Shown: positions 8,305-18,976 of the stretch, in pieces
Layout: every line of letters begins with the position of its first letter
How positions within the stretch are numbered: position 1 is the first letter of the stretch
Assembly (NCBI GenBank): GCA_963422365.1
Contig: OY729426.1
Coordinates: 192,001-256,000, forward strand
Source: Nitrospirales bacterium
GTDB lineage: Bacteria > Nitrospirota > Nitrospiria > Nitrospirales > UBA8639
DNA length: 64,000 nt
Direction of reading: 5' to 3'
Notes under the pieces: model-generated
What the model saw: only the letters and a program-made list of their open reading frames with translations
Told to the model about the DNA's origin: nothing
The model's database searches: none
Position numbers and translations under genes: made by a program

Positions 8305-10892
8305 TCAGACGAACTGGTTCAGTGGCACGTAATCCTTCACGTACTCGGGAATGAGGGTGCGGTATTTTTCAGGAACGGCTTTGAAGTCGCTGGTAGAAAA
8401 GGCCTGGTTGGTGGCCAGACCGGTGAACTGTCGTCTGTCAATGATGTCTCGAACATAGACGCTGGTGACGTAAGCCTTAAAGTAGGTCTTGAGGACAGGA
8501 ATGGCTTTGGCGTCTCCAGGCTTGTCATCCGCTACGAACTTGGCGAATTCCTCTTCCAGCAGTTCATCCTTGGATTTGAAGCAAGGAATGAGGTCGAAGA
8601 CCTTTTCCAGAATCTCGCGCAGGGTCGTCGGCGGTCCACGGCGGCAGCCTGGCGCAGCTTCTCCAGCGTGTAATACTCAACGGGTTTGTCGAACACCTCG
8701 CGATTGACATAGTCGATCACGCGGTCCCACTGCCCGGCTTCGACGGCCTTTACGATGATCTCGTCTTCACGTACCGTCTCCGCGAACCGGTCAAAGAACA
8801 TCCGGTCAATCTTCATGCCCGCGTAGCCGATGGTCTCCTCCCGGATGGAAGCAATCAAGTCGTCGCCGAGATGTTCGTACGCGCCGGCGTATGTGAAAGG
8901 CGCGGCGTCTTTGCTTTTGCTGACGCCTTTGTGGGGCCGCGGCAGTTCAATGACTTGGTCGTAGTTGAATTCGGTCTCGAAGTATTCGCAGTTACCAAAG
9001 AAATCGAACAGCTTGAACGCGGTTTTTTCCGTCAGTGCGATCCCGTCCCCCGTTTCGGAGTCCGGGGCGGGCCCTGTATCGGAGTCCGGGGCCTGCTTGA
9101 GACTATCGTCAAGGAGTTGGTCGGGGAAGTCGTGCCTGCGAGTGCCGCGTCCTTTGATCTGGATGAAATCCGTTGGCGAGAAGATGGGCCGGAACAGGCC
9201 CAGATTCAGGATGTCCGGGCAGTCGTAGCCGGTCGTCATCATGCCGACCGTCACGCACACGCAGGCCTTACTGGTTTTATAGTCAGACAGGAAATTGCCC
9301 GAGCCGAGCAAATTATTATTGGTGAAGTTGATGGTGAATCGCTGGGCGTCCGCTATCTGTGACGTGACCTGTACGGCGAAGTCGGACTGGTACTTTTCGG
9401 GGAACAGACGGTCGGCCATCTGATTCAGGATTTGTGTCAGCCTGGCGGCGTGGTTCTGACTGACGGCAAAGATGATAGATTTGCCGACCTCACCGCTGAT
9501 GGGATCGCGCAGTGCGTTTTCGAGGAACGTCTTGCAAAAGAGCGCGTTGGTGGCATCGGCAAAGAAGCACTTCTCAAACTCACGCTGCTTGTAAACTTGC
9601 TCGTGATCCTCGCCCGCGTCGTCGTTGAACGACACAATGAACCCCCTCTCGGACAGGAGTCGGGTCGTGACTTCCGTGCGGGCGTCTACCACGGTCGGGT
9701 TGATCAAAACGCCATCCTGAACACCGTCGAGCAGCGAATAGCGGAAGGTGGGCTGGCCGCTCTCGCAGCCGAAGGTGCGGTAGGTGTCGAGGAGGAGGCG
9801 CCGTTCGGCATCACGCGGGTCGCGCACCGCAGAGTCTGGACTATCAAAGCCCATAAGATAATCACGCGGTGTCGCCGTCAGACCGAGTTTATAGCCGATG
9901 AAATAGTCGAACACTGCGCGGGCGTTGCCTCCGATCGAGCGATGCGCTTCATCCGAGATCACCAGATCGAAGTCCGTGGGTGAGAAGAGATTTTCGTACT
10001 TGTTGTTGAACAGCAGGGATTGAACAGTCGTGACGACAATCTCTGCGCGCCGCCAGTCGTCCCGTCGTTCCTTGTAGATCACTGTGTCAAAATCATTGGC
10101 GAGCAGTTCTTTGAATACCTTTTCAGCCTGATTTTCCAGTTCCAGCCGGTCGACCAGAAACAGAACACGGCGCGCGTTGCCGGTACGGAGAAACAATTTG
10201 ATGACGGCGGCGGCGGTGAGCGTTTTACCTGTGCCGGTCGCCATCTCAAACAGGAAGCGGTCATTGCCGTCAGACACGGCCCGTTGCAAGGCGTGCAGGG
10301 CACGAAGCTGGTAATCCCGCAGGAAGCGCAACCCGTGGGTGCGGATGAAGCCGGGGCGTTCAGATACGTTGCGCCACCCGACCTCGGCCGCATAGTTGGG
10401 GCGCTGGGTGAGGACGATGTAGTTGTCGCCGACCCGTTCATTGATCAGGCGCTGCGGATTGGGCGAGACCTGTTTGTACCCTTCCACCGAGTCCGGCGAC
10501 GGGAACGCTGTAATGATATGCGGGTTGCCGCGTTCGAGGTCCCAGAAGTAGTGCAGATTGCCGTTGGAGAGGATGACGAAGCGGCAGTTTTGCGAGCGAG
10601 CGTACTTGCGTGCCTGTTCCTTGCCGACCAGCGGGTTCTTATCTTCGGACTTGGCCTCCAGCACGATAAGCGGGGCGCCTTTGGTGTCGAGTAGCAGGAA
10701 ATCGATGAAGCCCCTGGAAGTCTTCTCGAAGTCGTTGCCAAGGTCGTCCAGATCGGACGCCTGAATCGTAACGTTCGGTTCCAGTAAGATGTTGGCGGGT
10801 TTGTCCTCTTCGGCAAAAAAACGCCACCCTGCAGCCTCGAGCCGTTTGTTGATCGTGATGCGGGCAGTCGCTTCTTTCATATGCTTCCCCAT
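8305..10892 (-). pseudogene. hsdR: Type I RM restriction/translocase subunit, frameshift near 8625
   Basis: D..LEAK nuclease motif, QARKYA, MATGTGKT, ISDEAHRS, GLTATP, MMTTGYD, QIKGRGTR. The C-terminus (TLREILEKVF..KDYVPLNQFV*) continues in another frame to 8305. Confidence 0.9.
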
Positions 10893-11274
10893 CGATTATC
10901 GTTCTGGTCCTGATTGGTTGACACAGCCATCTTCTTGGCCGCATGAGATGCAACCCTACAAAGCATCTGATGGAGGCTGCTCATCACCAGCAGGTGGGTA
11001 TCCTGGACAAGTGGGCCCGACCAATACACAATGATATCTGATGGAGGGCTACAATCTTCTCCCTCTCCACTGGCTCACCACCTGTGTTTCTCATCTGTTC
11101 TTCTATTCACAATGATAGGCCAAGAGCCTGTTTAATCCGTTTTGATTCTTCAGCCCACTCACACAACAGGTGCATTCATCACTCCGGTGAGCGGAACTTT
11201 CGTTGAATGGTTTCGCCCATCAATGCAGACAAAGGCAGGGAAAGCCGACCGCGGGGTTGCTGTTGCAAGTCTGT

Positions 11275-12750
11275 TTAAGGCAGCGAGGCAGAAGCCGTAA
11301 ACGAGACGAGAGGCCACGGATAAATCCCGAATATCACGACACCCGCAACGGCAAACGCCAACACGACGGTCGCGGTGGGGGACAGGGCCAGGCGCGTTTC
11401 GAGTTCCTGGTCGGCAGTCGGCTCGCGCATGTACATGACCATCACGACGCGCAGATAGTAGAACGCAGAGACCGAGGCAAAGATCAACCCGACCACGGCC
11501 AGCCAGGTCAAGCCCGCATCGACAGCCGCCATAAAGAGGTAAAACTTGCCGATGAATCCTGCAGTCGGAGGAATGCCTGCGAGAGAGATCAGAAAGAGCA
11601 GCATCAAAAACGCCGCGCCTTTGTGGCGTTTGGCCAACCCGGTAAAGTCGTCCAGGTCTTCTCCTTCACACCCCCCTCGTCGAAGAATCGCAATAAGGGA
11701 GAATGCCCCAAAGGTCATGAAGGAATAGACGGCCAAGTATAACATCATGCTGGACACGCCTTGTGCCGACACCCCGGCTTTTGTTCCGACCCATCCCGCC
11801 ACGACCAACCCGATCAACGCATAGCCGGCATGCGCGATACTCGAGTATGCCAGCATACGCTTCACATTCGTTTGCACGATTGCCACGAGGTTCCCCAAGA
11901 TCAAGGTCAGGACACACATGCCCAAAATCAGCCCGATCCAATTCGGTTTCATGCCCCCAAAGCCTTCAAGCATCACCCGAAGGAACGCCCCGAAACTCGC
12001 GGCTTTCGATGCCACGGCCATAAACGCGGTCACCGACGTTGGCGCGCCTTGATACACATCCGGGGTCCACATATGAAAGGGCACAGCCGCCACTTTAAAG
12101 CCGAACCCCACAATCATCAGCATCAGGGCGATGAGTATCACCGAATCGTCAAGACCCCGCGCATCGACCACTGTGGCAATTTCCACCAGACGCGTGCTGC
12201 CGGCGGCTCCGAAGATGAGTGAAATGCCGTAGAGCAAGAGGCCCGATGAGAACGCGCCCAAAATAAAATACTTGGCCGATGATTCAACGGACTTGGCTTC
12301 AAACCGCTTGAATCCCGCCATCACGTAGAGCGAGATGGACATCAATTCAATGCCCAGATAGATGACCAACAGGTCGGCGCTGGAGACCATGATCATCATG
12401 CCCGTCAAGGAGAGCAGCACAAACCCGTAAAATTCGGCCAGATCGATCCGCTCTTCCTTGAGATATCCGATGGAGAGTAAGATCGTCATGCCACTCACGA
12501 TGTAGAGCAACAGTTTCCAAAACGAGGCATACCCGTCCACCACCACGAGATCGCTGAACGCATATACCCGGTCACCCATGTTGCTCGCCGTCACGATAAA
12601 ACACACCACAAGCGTGGCGACGCTCATCCACGCCAGCAGATCTTTCTTGGTCGATGGAGTGATCGGATCCAGGACCAACAAGAGGCAGGCGACGAACACG
12701 ACGATCATCTCTGGTAAAATCGTGACCAGATCTGCGAGAGGAATCGTCAT
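11275..12750 (-). CDS. nuoN: NADH-quinone oxidoreductase subunit N
   Basis: GFKVAAVPFHMWTPDVYQGAP, KRMLAYSSIAHAGY; last gene of the operon. Confidence 0.96.
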   Translation of the reverse strand: MTIPLADLVTILPEMIVVFVACLLLVLDPITPSTKKDLLAWMSVATLVVCFIVTASNMGDRVYAFSDLVVVDGYASFWKLLLYIVSGMTILLSIGYLKEERIDLAEFYGFVLLSLTGMMIMVSSADLLVIYLGIELMSISLYVMAGFKRFEAKSVESSAKYFILGAFSSGLLLYGISLIFGAAGSTRLVEIATVVDARGLDDSVILIALMLMIVGFGFKVAAVPFHMWTPDVYQGAPTSVTAFMAVASKAASFGAFLRVMLEGFGGMKPNWIGLILGMCVLTLILGNLVAIVQTNVKRMLAYSSIAHAGYALIGLVVAGWVGTKAGVSAQGVSSMMLYLAVYSFMTFGAFSLIAILRRGGCEGEDLDDFTGLAKRHKGAAFLMLLFLISLAGIPPTAGFIGKFYLFMAAVDAGLTWLAVVGLIFASVSAFYYLRVVMVMYMREPTADQELETRLALSPTATVVLAFAVAGVVIFGIYPWPLVSFTASASLP

Positions 12751-14348
12751 CGCGTCTCAGGCTCCATGGATTTTACCCTCACCCCTGCCCTCTCCCGTCG
12801 AGGGAGAGGGGATACCTCGTCTGACGTCATAGGCATTGGCGAGAAGGATAAGGGCTCGGCTTCCACCATCATGACTTTCACTTGCTTTTGAACAAGCTGA
12901 TCGACACTGGCATGCATCACGTCCAGCAGCGGCTTGGGATAGAGCCCGATCCAAAACACGAAGAACGCCAAGGGTACCAACAGGCCGATTTCACGCCAGT
13001 TCATATCGTAGAGCTTCGAGGCCACGTGTTGCGCCGGGGCCCCGTACACCACGCGTTGTAACATCCATAAAATATACACTGCCGCGAGAATGACCCCTAA
13101 GGCCGCCACCATCGCGACCGCCTTGTTCCACAGAAAGGTCCCCACCAGCACAAAAAATTCGCCGACAAAACTATTCATGCCCGGCAACCCCACAGAGGAC
13201 AACGCGAAGATCACGAGGAACGTGACATAAATCGGCATGGACGCGGCGAGCCCTGAATTATCGACGATCTCCCGGCTGTGCGTCCGTTCATACACAATGC
13301 CCACGCACAGAAAGAGCGCACCGGTGGTGATGCCGTGATTGACCATTTGCAAAATCGCGCCTTCGATCCCTTGGGCGTTCAACACAAACAGGCCCAGCGT
13401 GACGAATCCCATGTGGCTTACGCTGGAATAAGCGATCAGTTTTTTGAGATCGGCCTGGGCAACGGCCATGTAGGCGCCGTAGATGATCGCCACCACCGAT
13501 AGGAAGAGCACCACCGAGGCAAACTGCTGCGTGGCATCCGGCAGCATGGGCAACGAGAAACGCAGAAATCCATAGGCGCCCAATTTGAGCAACACACTCG
13601 CCAGCATCACGCTGCCGGCGGTCGGAGCCTCCACGTGGGCATCCGGCAACCACGTATGAAACGGAAACATCGGCACTTTCACGGCAAACGCGGCGAAGAA
13701 GGCCCAAAACACCCACGCCTGCAGCGAAGGCGGATACTCGGCGTTGCTCAGCGTCAGGATATCGAAAGACTGTTCGCCGGCATAAAAATAGAGCACGATA
13801 ATCGCCACGAGCAGCAAGACGCTGCCGGCCAGGGTATACAGAAAAAACTTCATGGCCGCGTACACGCGATTGGGTCCACCCCAGATCCCGATCAAGAGAT
13901 ACATGGGGATCAGCATCGTTTCCCAGAACACGTAGAACAGCACAGAATCCAACGCGACAAACACGCCCAACGTGGCAGTTTCCATCACGAGTAAACTGAT
14001 CATGAATTCTTTGACTCGCGTCTCGATCGACATCCAAGAAACCAAGACGCAGAGTGGAGTCAGCAAGGTGGCCAGCAACACCAAGGGCAAACTAATCCCA
14101 TCCACGCCCACCGCGTAGTTGATGGGAGGCGACGCAATCCATTGATGCGTTTCGACAAACTGCATGGCAGGCGTGGATTCATCAAACAACGCCCACAGTG
14201 GGAGAGAGACCAGGAACACCAGCGATGAGACTCCCAAGGCTACCCATCTGGCCAGCGCTTCTTGGGTCAAAAGAATCACCGCCACGCCCAATAACGGCAG
14301 GAAGACCACCAGGGTCAGCCAAGGGAATCCGCCGGAGGACACGGTCAT
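12747..14348 (-). CDS. nuoM: NADH-quinone oxidoreductase subunit M
   Basis: FAVKVPMFPFHTWLPDAHVEAPT, LKKLIAYSSVSHMG. Confidence 0.96.
   Translation of the reverse strand: MTVSSGGFPWLTLVVFLPLLGVAVILLTQEALARWVALGVSSLVFLVSLPLWALFDESTPAMQFVETHQWIASPPINYAVGVDGISLPLVLLATLLTPLCVLVSWMSIETRVKEFMISLLVMETATLGVFVALDSVLFYVFWETMLIPMYLLIGIWGGPNRVYAAMKFFLYTLAGSVLLLVAIIVLYFYAGEQSFDILTLSNAEYPPSLQAWVFWAFFAAFAVKVPMFPFHTWLPDAHVEAPTAGSVMLASVLLKLGAYGFLRFSLPMLPDATQQFASVVLFLSVVAIIYGAYMAVAQADLKKLIAYSSVSHMGFVTLGLFVLNAQGIEGAILQMVNHGITTGALFLCVGIVYERTHSREIVDNSGLAASMPIYVTFLVIFALSSVGLPGMNSFVGEFFVLVGTFLWNKAVAMVAALGVILAAVYILWMLQRVVYGAPAQHVASKLYDMNWREIGLLVPLAFFVFWIGLYPKPLLDVMHASVDQLVQKQVKVMMVEAEPLSFSPMPMTSDEVSPLPRRERAGVRVKSMEPETR
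12775..12811. repeat. REP-like palindromic element inside the nuoM 3' end
   Basis: ACCCTCACCCCTG-CCCTCTCCC-GTCGA-GGGAGAGGG-G; translated as PLPRRERAGVRV. Confidence 0.7.
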
Positions 14349-14367
14349 GTCGGTCAGAACCCCCTCA

Positions 14368-16263
14368 TTAAAACAGCAGGTACGCGGTTAAGATCATGAC
14401 CGCCCCCATGGTCATGCTCAGTGCATAATTTTGCGTTTCGCCGGTCTGAATCAGGCGGGCCATCCAGCCCCACCAGGCAAACCCACGGGCCACGCCGTTC
14501 ACCGCATTATCAATGATGGCGACGTCCACTTTTTTCCACATCTGATCCGCAAGCACAAACGTGGGATTGACAAACGCCTTGTCATAGGCTTCATCCACGT
14601 ACCATTTGTTGAGCGAGCCGCGATACAACACGTGCCAGCGGTTCATCAGACGATCGGGATAGTCCGGTGATTTCACATAGAGGACATAGGCCGTTGCAAT
14701 GCCGATCAAGCCGGCTACCGTCGCTGCCAGCATAATGCCCGTGGCAGCTGCGCCATGGTGCCCTCCGCCTTCACTGCCGGGGAAGGCCTGTTGCAGAAAG
14801 TCCGGAATGCCCACATACCCCGTCGCAATACTGAGGGCCGCCAACACCAACAGAGGGGCGGTCACGACGAAGGGTTGTTCCCGCACATGGTCGGCATGAT
14901 GCAGATCGACTCGGGACTCTCCCCAAAAGGTCACGAACACCAAGCGAAAACTATAAAACGCCGTCAGCCCCGCCGTGAGGATACCCGCAACCGCGAGGGT
15001 TTGACCCAAGGCCCCCGCGTTCCAGGCGGTCAGCAACAAGGCGTCCTTACTGAAAAATCCTGCGGTGAGGGGAAATCCGGCCAGCGCCAACGAGCCGATG
15101 ATAAAGGTCCAATAGGTGATGGGCATTTTATCTTTCAGCCCGCCCATTCGTCGCATGTCCTGCTCATGATGAACAGCCAAGATCACGGACCCGCATCCCA
15201 GGAAGAGGAGCGATTTAAAGGCGCCATGCGTCAGCAAGTGATAGATGCCAGCAACGTATCCGCCCAACCCGCACGCCATCATCATGTACCCGAGTTGACT
15301 CACGGTTGAATAGGCTACCACACGCTTAATATCGTTTTGTGTCAGAGCAATCGTGGCGCCGATCAACATGGTCACCCCTCCCACGACCGCCACGACGTCC
15401 ATGGCCACGGGAGACACATTATACAGGGGAGCAAACCGCGCCACCATAAACACGCCGGCGGTCACCATGGTCGCGGCATGAATCAAGGCGGAAATGGGCG
15501 TGGGGCCTTCCATGGCATCCGGCAGCCACACATGCAACGGGACTTGAGCGGACTTTCCGACGGCACCCACAAACAGCAGCAGGCAAATCAGGGTCATCGC
15601 GGACACGGCCCACCCACCGCTGACGGCTCCCAGCCAATCGATCGTGACCCCGGCTTTGGCCGCGGCCTCAGTGAACACCGGTTGGTACTGCAAGGTTCCA
15701 AAGACCGCAAACACCAACAGGATGCCGAGCAGAAACCCAAAGTCGCCGATCCGATTGACGACAAAGGCCTTGGTTGCCGCAGCCCTTGCCGTGTGCCGTT
15801 CATACCAATGGCCGATCAGCAAATAGGAGCACAGCCCGACCGCTTCCCAGAACACAAACAGTTGGAGGAAGTTATCGGACATGACCAACATCAGCATGGA
15901 GAACGTAAACAACGCAATGTTGGCAAAAAATCTCGCGTAGCCAGATTCGCCACGCATATACCCAATAGTATAGACGTGCACCAACCCACTGACGATGGTC
16001 ACCAACAGCAACATGACCGCCGTCAACTGATCGACATAGAGCCCAAGACGAATGGTGAGATCACCGGAAGCCCCCCAGGTATACAAAGGAATTTCCAGCA
16101 CGTGGCCAGAGACCACTTCGGAAAAGGCGAGAACCGATAACAGGAAGGATGCCCCTACGGCAGGCACGGCGATCAGATGGGCACGATTCTTCAAGACGTG
16201 TCCGGTCAGGCCGATCACGATGAAAGCCAGAAGAGGCAAGAGGGGGATCAAGGCATACAGCAT
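14368..16263 (-). CDS. nuoL: NADH-quinone oxidoreductase subunit L
   Basis: GKSAQVPLHVWLPDAMEGPTPISALIHAATMVTAG. Confidence 0.97.
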   Translation of the reverse strand: MLYALIPLLPLLAFIVIGLTGHVLKNRAHLIAVPAVGASFLLSVLAFSEVVSGHVLEIPLYTWGASGDLTIRLGLYVDQLTAVMLLLVTIVSGLVHVYTIGYMRGESGYARFFANIALFTFSMLMLVMSDNFLQLFVFWEAVGLCSYLLIGHWYERHTARAAATKAFVVNRIGDFGFLLGILLVFAVFGTLQYQPVFTEAAAKAGVTIDWLGAVSGGWAVSAMTLICLLLFVGAVGKSAQVPLHVWLPDAMEGPTPISALIHAATMVTAGVFMVARFAPLYNVSPVAMDVVAVVGGVTMLIGATIALTQNDIKRVVAYSTVSQLGYMMMACGLGGYVAGIYHLLTHGAFKSLLFLGCGSVILAVHHEQDMRRMGGLKDKMPITYWTFIIGSLALAGFPLTAGFFSKDALLLTAWNAGALGQTLAVAGILTAGLTAFYSFRLVFVTFWGESRVDLHHADHVREQPFVVTAPLLVLAALSIATGYVGIPDFLQQAFPGSEGGGHHGAAATGIMLAATVAGLIGIATAYVLYVKSPDYPDRLMNRWHVLYRGSLNKWYVDEAYDKAFVNPTFVLADQMWKKVDVAIIDNAVNGVARGFAWWGWMARLIQTGETQNYALSMTMGAVMILTAYLLF

Positions 16264-16267
16264 GGCA

Positions 16268-16573
16268 CTACCACTTCAACAAGCGGAAATCATCGACATT
16301 GATGCTGGCATGATGGCGATACAGGGCAATTATAATGGCAAGGCCCACGGCCACTTCGGCGGCAGCCACCGTCAAGGCGAAGAACACAAAGACTTGCCCT
16401 GCCAAGTTGCCGAAATGGGAGGAAAAGGCCACAAAATTGATATTCGTGGCATTGAGCATCAATTCAATAGACAACAAGATGATAATCAGGTTCTTTCGGA
16501 CCAGGACGCCGACGAGACCAATGATGAACACCAGCCCGCTCAACACCAAGTAATACTCCACTGGCACAGTCAT
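16268..16573 (-). CDS. nuoK: NADH-quinone oxidoreductase subunit K
   Basis: [26 protein letters not shown]. Confidence 0.97.
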   Translation of the reverse strand: MTVPVEYYLVLSGLVFIIGLVGVLVRKNLIIILLSIELMLNATNINFVAFSSHFGNLAGQVFVFFALTVAAAEVAVGLAIIIALYRHHASINVDDFRLLKW

Positions 16574-16610
16574 GAGGATGCCTTATCGCGTCTTTTAATG
16601 GCCCTAAGTC

Positions 16611-16666
16611 TCATAACGTAAAAACTCAGCGTCGGCGAAGTCATCCACTGGGGTGACTTGTTAGCC
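16611..16666 (-). mobile_element. attC-like integron cassette recombination site (slightly degenerate)
   Basis: Minus strand GGCTAAC-AAGTC-ACCCCAG...CTGAGT-TTTTAC-GTTATGA, 56 bp. The REase stop codon lies within the TAAC, as is typical for cassettes. Confidence 0.65.
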
Positions 16667-17330
16667 CCAAATAGCCTCGCGCGATTCCCAATAGGCTTTA
16701 ACGTTATCAAATCGTCCCATTCGTTCTTTGATTTTCAGAATTTCTTTGGGATAGAAATCAAGCATTCTCTCGCAAACCTGAAGCATCCATTTCTTGCGCA
16801 AATATCCATGAATCAATTTGATCTTGTTTGAATTGGCTATTTGAATCTGTCCCCATCCCAACCCGCCTACAGTCAAACATTCCCAGTCCAAGTATTCGAT
16901 AGGGGAAAACGTGACGTCTGTTACGGTCAACAGGGTGTTGTCAATAGTGTACTTGACCATTATTAACGAAAAAAACATTTGTGTCCGATTCATAAAACCT
17001 TGCCAATCTTTCTACGGACGTCAGATTCGGCATATTGAATTGAGTATCTTCTCTGTGGGTTTTGACATCAACCACTGAATAAAAACCTTCTTGATCAGTG
17101 AAAGCGAGGTCAGCCATTGCCCTGCGTGCAAAGTCTTTCGAATATTCACTGCACCAGTCCTGTAAAAACTCATTGAATGTTTCTGAGATCAAGGATTCTA
17201 TGGCGTCTCCGGCAGACCTTGTGCTAGGGACGGTTTGAACAGACAGAAAATCTGGCGATGAATTGATGGAATCTTTGATTTTTCCTGCCACTTCTAAATG
17301 GTGACCATCATAGTAGAAAGAAGATTTCAT
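16661..17330 (-). pseudogene. Type II restriction endonuclease (PD-(D/E)xK), frameshifted in a T7 run
   Basis: ORF 16941..17330 (ADLAF..VVDVKTH..NMPNLTS) joins ORF 16661..16993 (..LGWGQIQI..) if the A7 run at 16969-16975 is A6. Start overlaps the MTase stop (ATGA). Confidence 0.75.
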
Positions 17331-18304
17331 GATGCGAGATATTCTTGTTTGAAGGACTGTGATTTGCTTGCAGGCTGATTATTGAGGGAATTGCGTTCCC
17401 AGAAAACACTGTCTGTATATCCCTGAATCGTTGAATCAGAAGCGACCATCTCCAAGCGTTTCAGTGCCCAGCAACAATATTCCTTATTAAGCTCTATGCC
17501 ACAAAAATTTCTACCTAACTTTGCTGCAGCTGCGACTGTGGTGCCACTACCTAAGAAAGGATCAAGGACAAACCCGTTTTTCTTTGAACTAGCCAGAATA
17601 AGTTTTGCTATCAATTTTTCAGGTTTCTGTGTTGGGTGGTTAGTATTTTCTGGCATAGACCAAAATGGGATGGTCATATCCGTCCAGATGTTAGATGGGT
17701 GCGTGAGGCGATAGTTTCCGTTCTCTACTTCATCCCAATCCTTTGGCTTCCCATTGACCCTATAAGGCGCGATGACCTTTCGTTTTAATTTCACAGAATC
17801 CACGTCAAAGTCGTAGTCATCGGAAGCAGTACAAAACCAAATATCCTCCGTATTATTCTTCCAATTTAATTTCGCACCGCGTCCCTTTTCTCTTTCCCAC
17901 GTAATCCGATTTCGAATATGGAAATACGCTTCAAGAATCGGAGCAATAAGAACGGAAGTCTTCCAATCGGAGCACACATAAACCGTTGCCGTTGACTTGA
18001 GAGTCGGGAGTAAGGCTTCAACCGCGCGCTGAAACCATTGCTGATAATCCGCCTTCTCTTTTTCTTTGAAGATGTGGCCGTTATAGTCTTTGGCAAGATT
18101 ATAGGGTGGGTCCAAAATAAGGAGATCAACAAACCTCTTAGGTAATTTTTCTGCCACATTGAACGTGTCGCCACAAATGATTTTCTCACCAATATCCTTG
18201 ATGCTCACTAGGGTATCGACGTAACAAATATCAACTGATAGTCGGTCAATTTCTTCTTTGTTACAAATCAGTGTTCGGTTTCTTGGAGACTTTTGTTCCA
18301 TCAT
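17327..18304 (-). CDS. Site-specific DNA amino-methyltransferase, beta class (N6/N4)
   Basis: LILDPPY precedes HPTQKP and VLDPFLGSGTT; start placed at the internal Met. Confidence 0.92.
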   Translation of the reverse strand: MMEQKSPRNRTLICNKEEIDRLSVDICYVDTLVSIKDIGEKIICGDTFNVAEKLPKRFVDLLILDPPYNLAKDYNGHIFKEKEKADYQQWFQRAVEALLPTLKSTATVYVCSDWKTSVLIAPILEAYFHIRNRITWEREKGRGAKLNWKNNTEDIWFCTASDDYDFDVDSVKLKRKVIAPYRVNGKPKDWDEVENGNYRLTHPSNIWTDMTIPFWSMPENTNHPTQKPEKLIAKLILASSKKNGFVLDPFLGSGTTVAAAAKLGRNFCGIELNKEYCCWALKRLEMVASDSTIQGYTDSVFWERNSLNNQPASKSQSFKQEYLAS

Positions 18305-18371
18305 CAGATCATCATTCAATTTTTCAGTTATCGGAGGAAACACGAGAGGCTGAACCGTTTTACCAAATTCC

Positions 18372-18893
18372 TCAGCTAGAGGACTTCGACTCCATGATTC
18401 CCTTTTTGGATAAGATCACGGCGCCGATCATGGCCACCAACAAGATGAGCGAGGCAATTTCAAACGGGAATAAATAGGTGGAATACAAGACCTCCCCGAT
18501 CGATTCCGTGTTCCCCACGGCTTTGGTCGCCCCTTCCGGCCCGGGACCGGGCGACGCCACGGTGAATCCACGACTGACCGCGAGCAACACGGCTTCGGTC
18601 AACAACACCACACCGAGAAACAACGCCACCGTCCCCTGTTGGTTATAGTGCTCTTCACGTTTCACGTTCAGTAACATCACGACGAACAAGTAGAGCACCA
18701 AGATCGCCCCGGCATACACAATGAGTTGAATGGCGGCTAAAAACTCGGCATGCAGCGTGACGTATAACCCTGCCACGTGAAAAAACATGACCAGTAAGGA
18801 CAGGGCACTATAGATGGGGTTGCGAAACAGGACAACGAGCGAAGCGGTAACTAGAATGACTGCGGCAAAGTACAAGAAGACGAATGTGGCCAC
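18372..18893 (-). CDS. nuoJ: NADH-quinone oxidoreductase subunit J
   Basis: AEFLAAIQLIVYAGAILVLYLFVVMLL, PFEIASLILLVAMIGA. Confidence 0.96.
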   Translation of the reverse strand: MATFVFLYFAAVILVTASLVVLFRNPIYSALSLLVMFFHVAGLYVTLHAEFLAAIQLIVYAGAILVLYLFVVMLLNVKREEHYNQQGTVALFLGVVLLTEAVLLAVSRGFTVASPGPGPEGATKAVGNTESIGEVLYSTYLFPFEIASLILLVAMIGAVILSKKGIMESKSSS

Positions 18894-18976
18894 CGTTACA
18901 CGTTGCTCCCGTTAACGACACCTGCGCATTGACGAGACAGGGGAAAGGACATCGGAACAGGCAAATCGAGCGAAAA

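Noticed and set aside
10965..11047. 12-bp direct repeat ATCTGATGGAGG upstream of hsdR
   Set aside because: Only two copies, and no matching copy noticed at the other end of the island.
11275..16263. 2M-type complex I (duplicated nuoM)
   Set aside because: Only L, one M and N are present.
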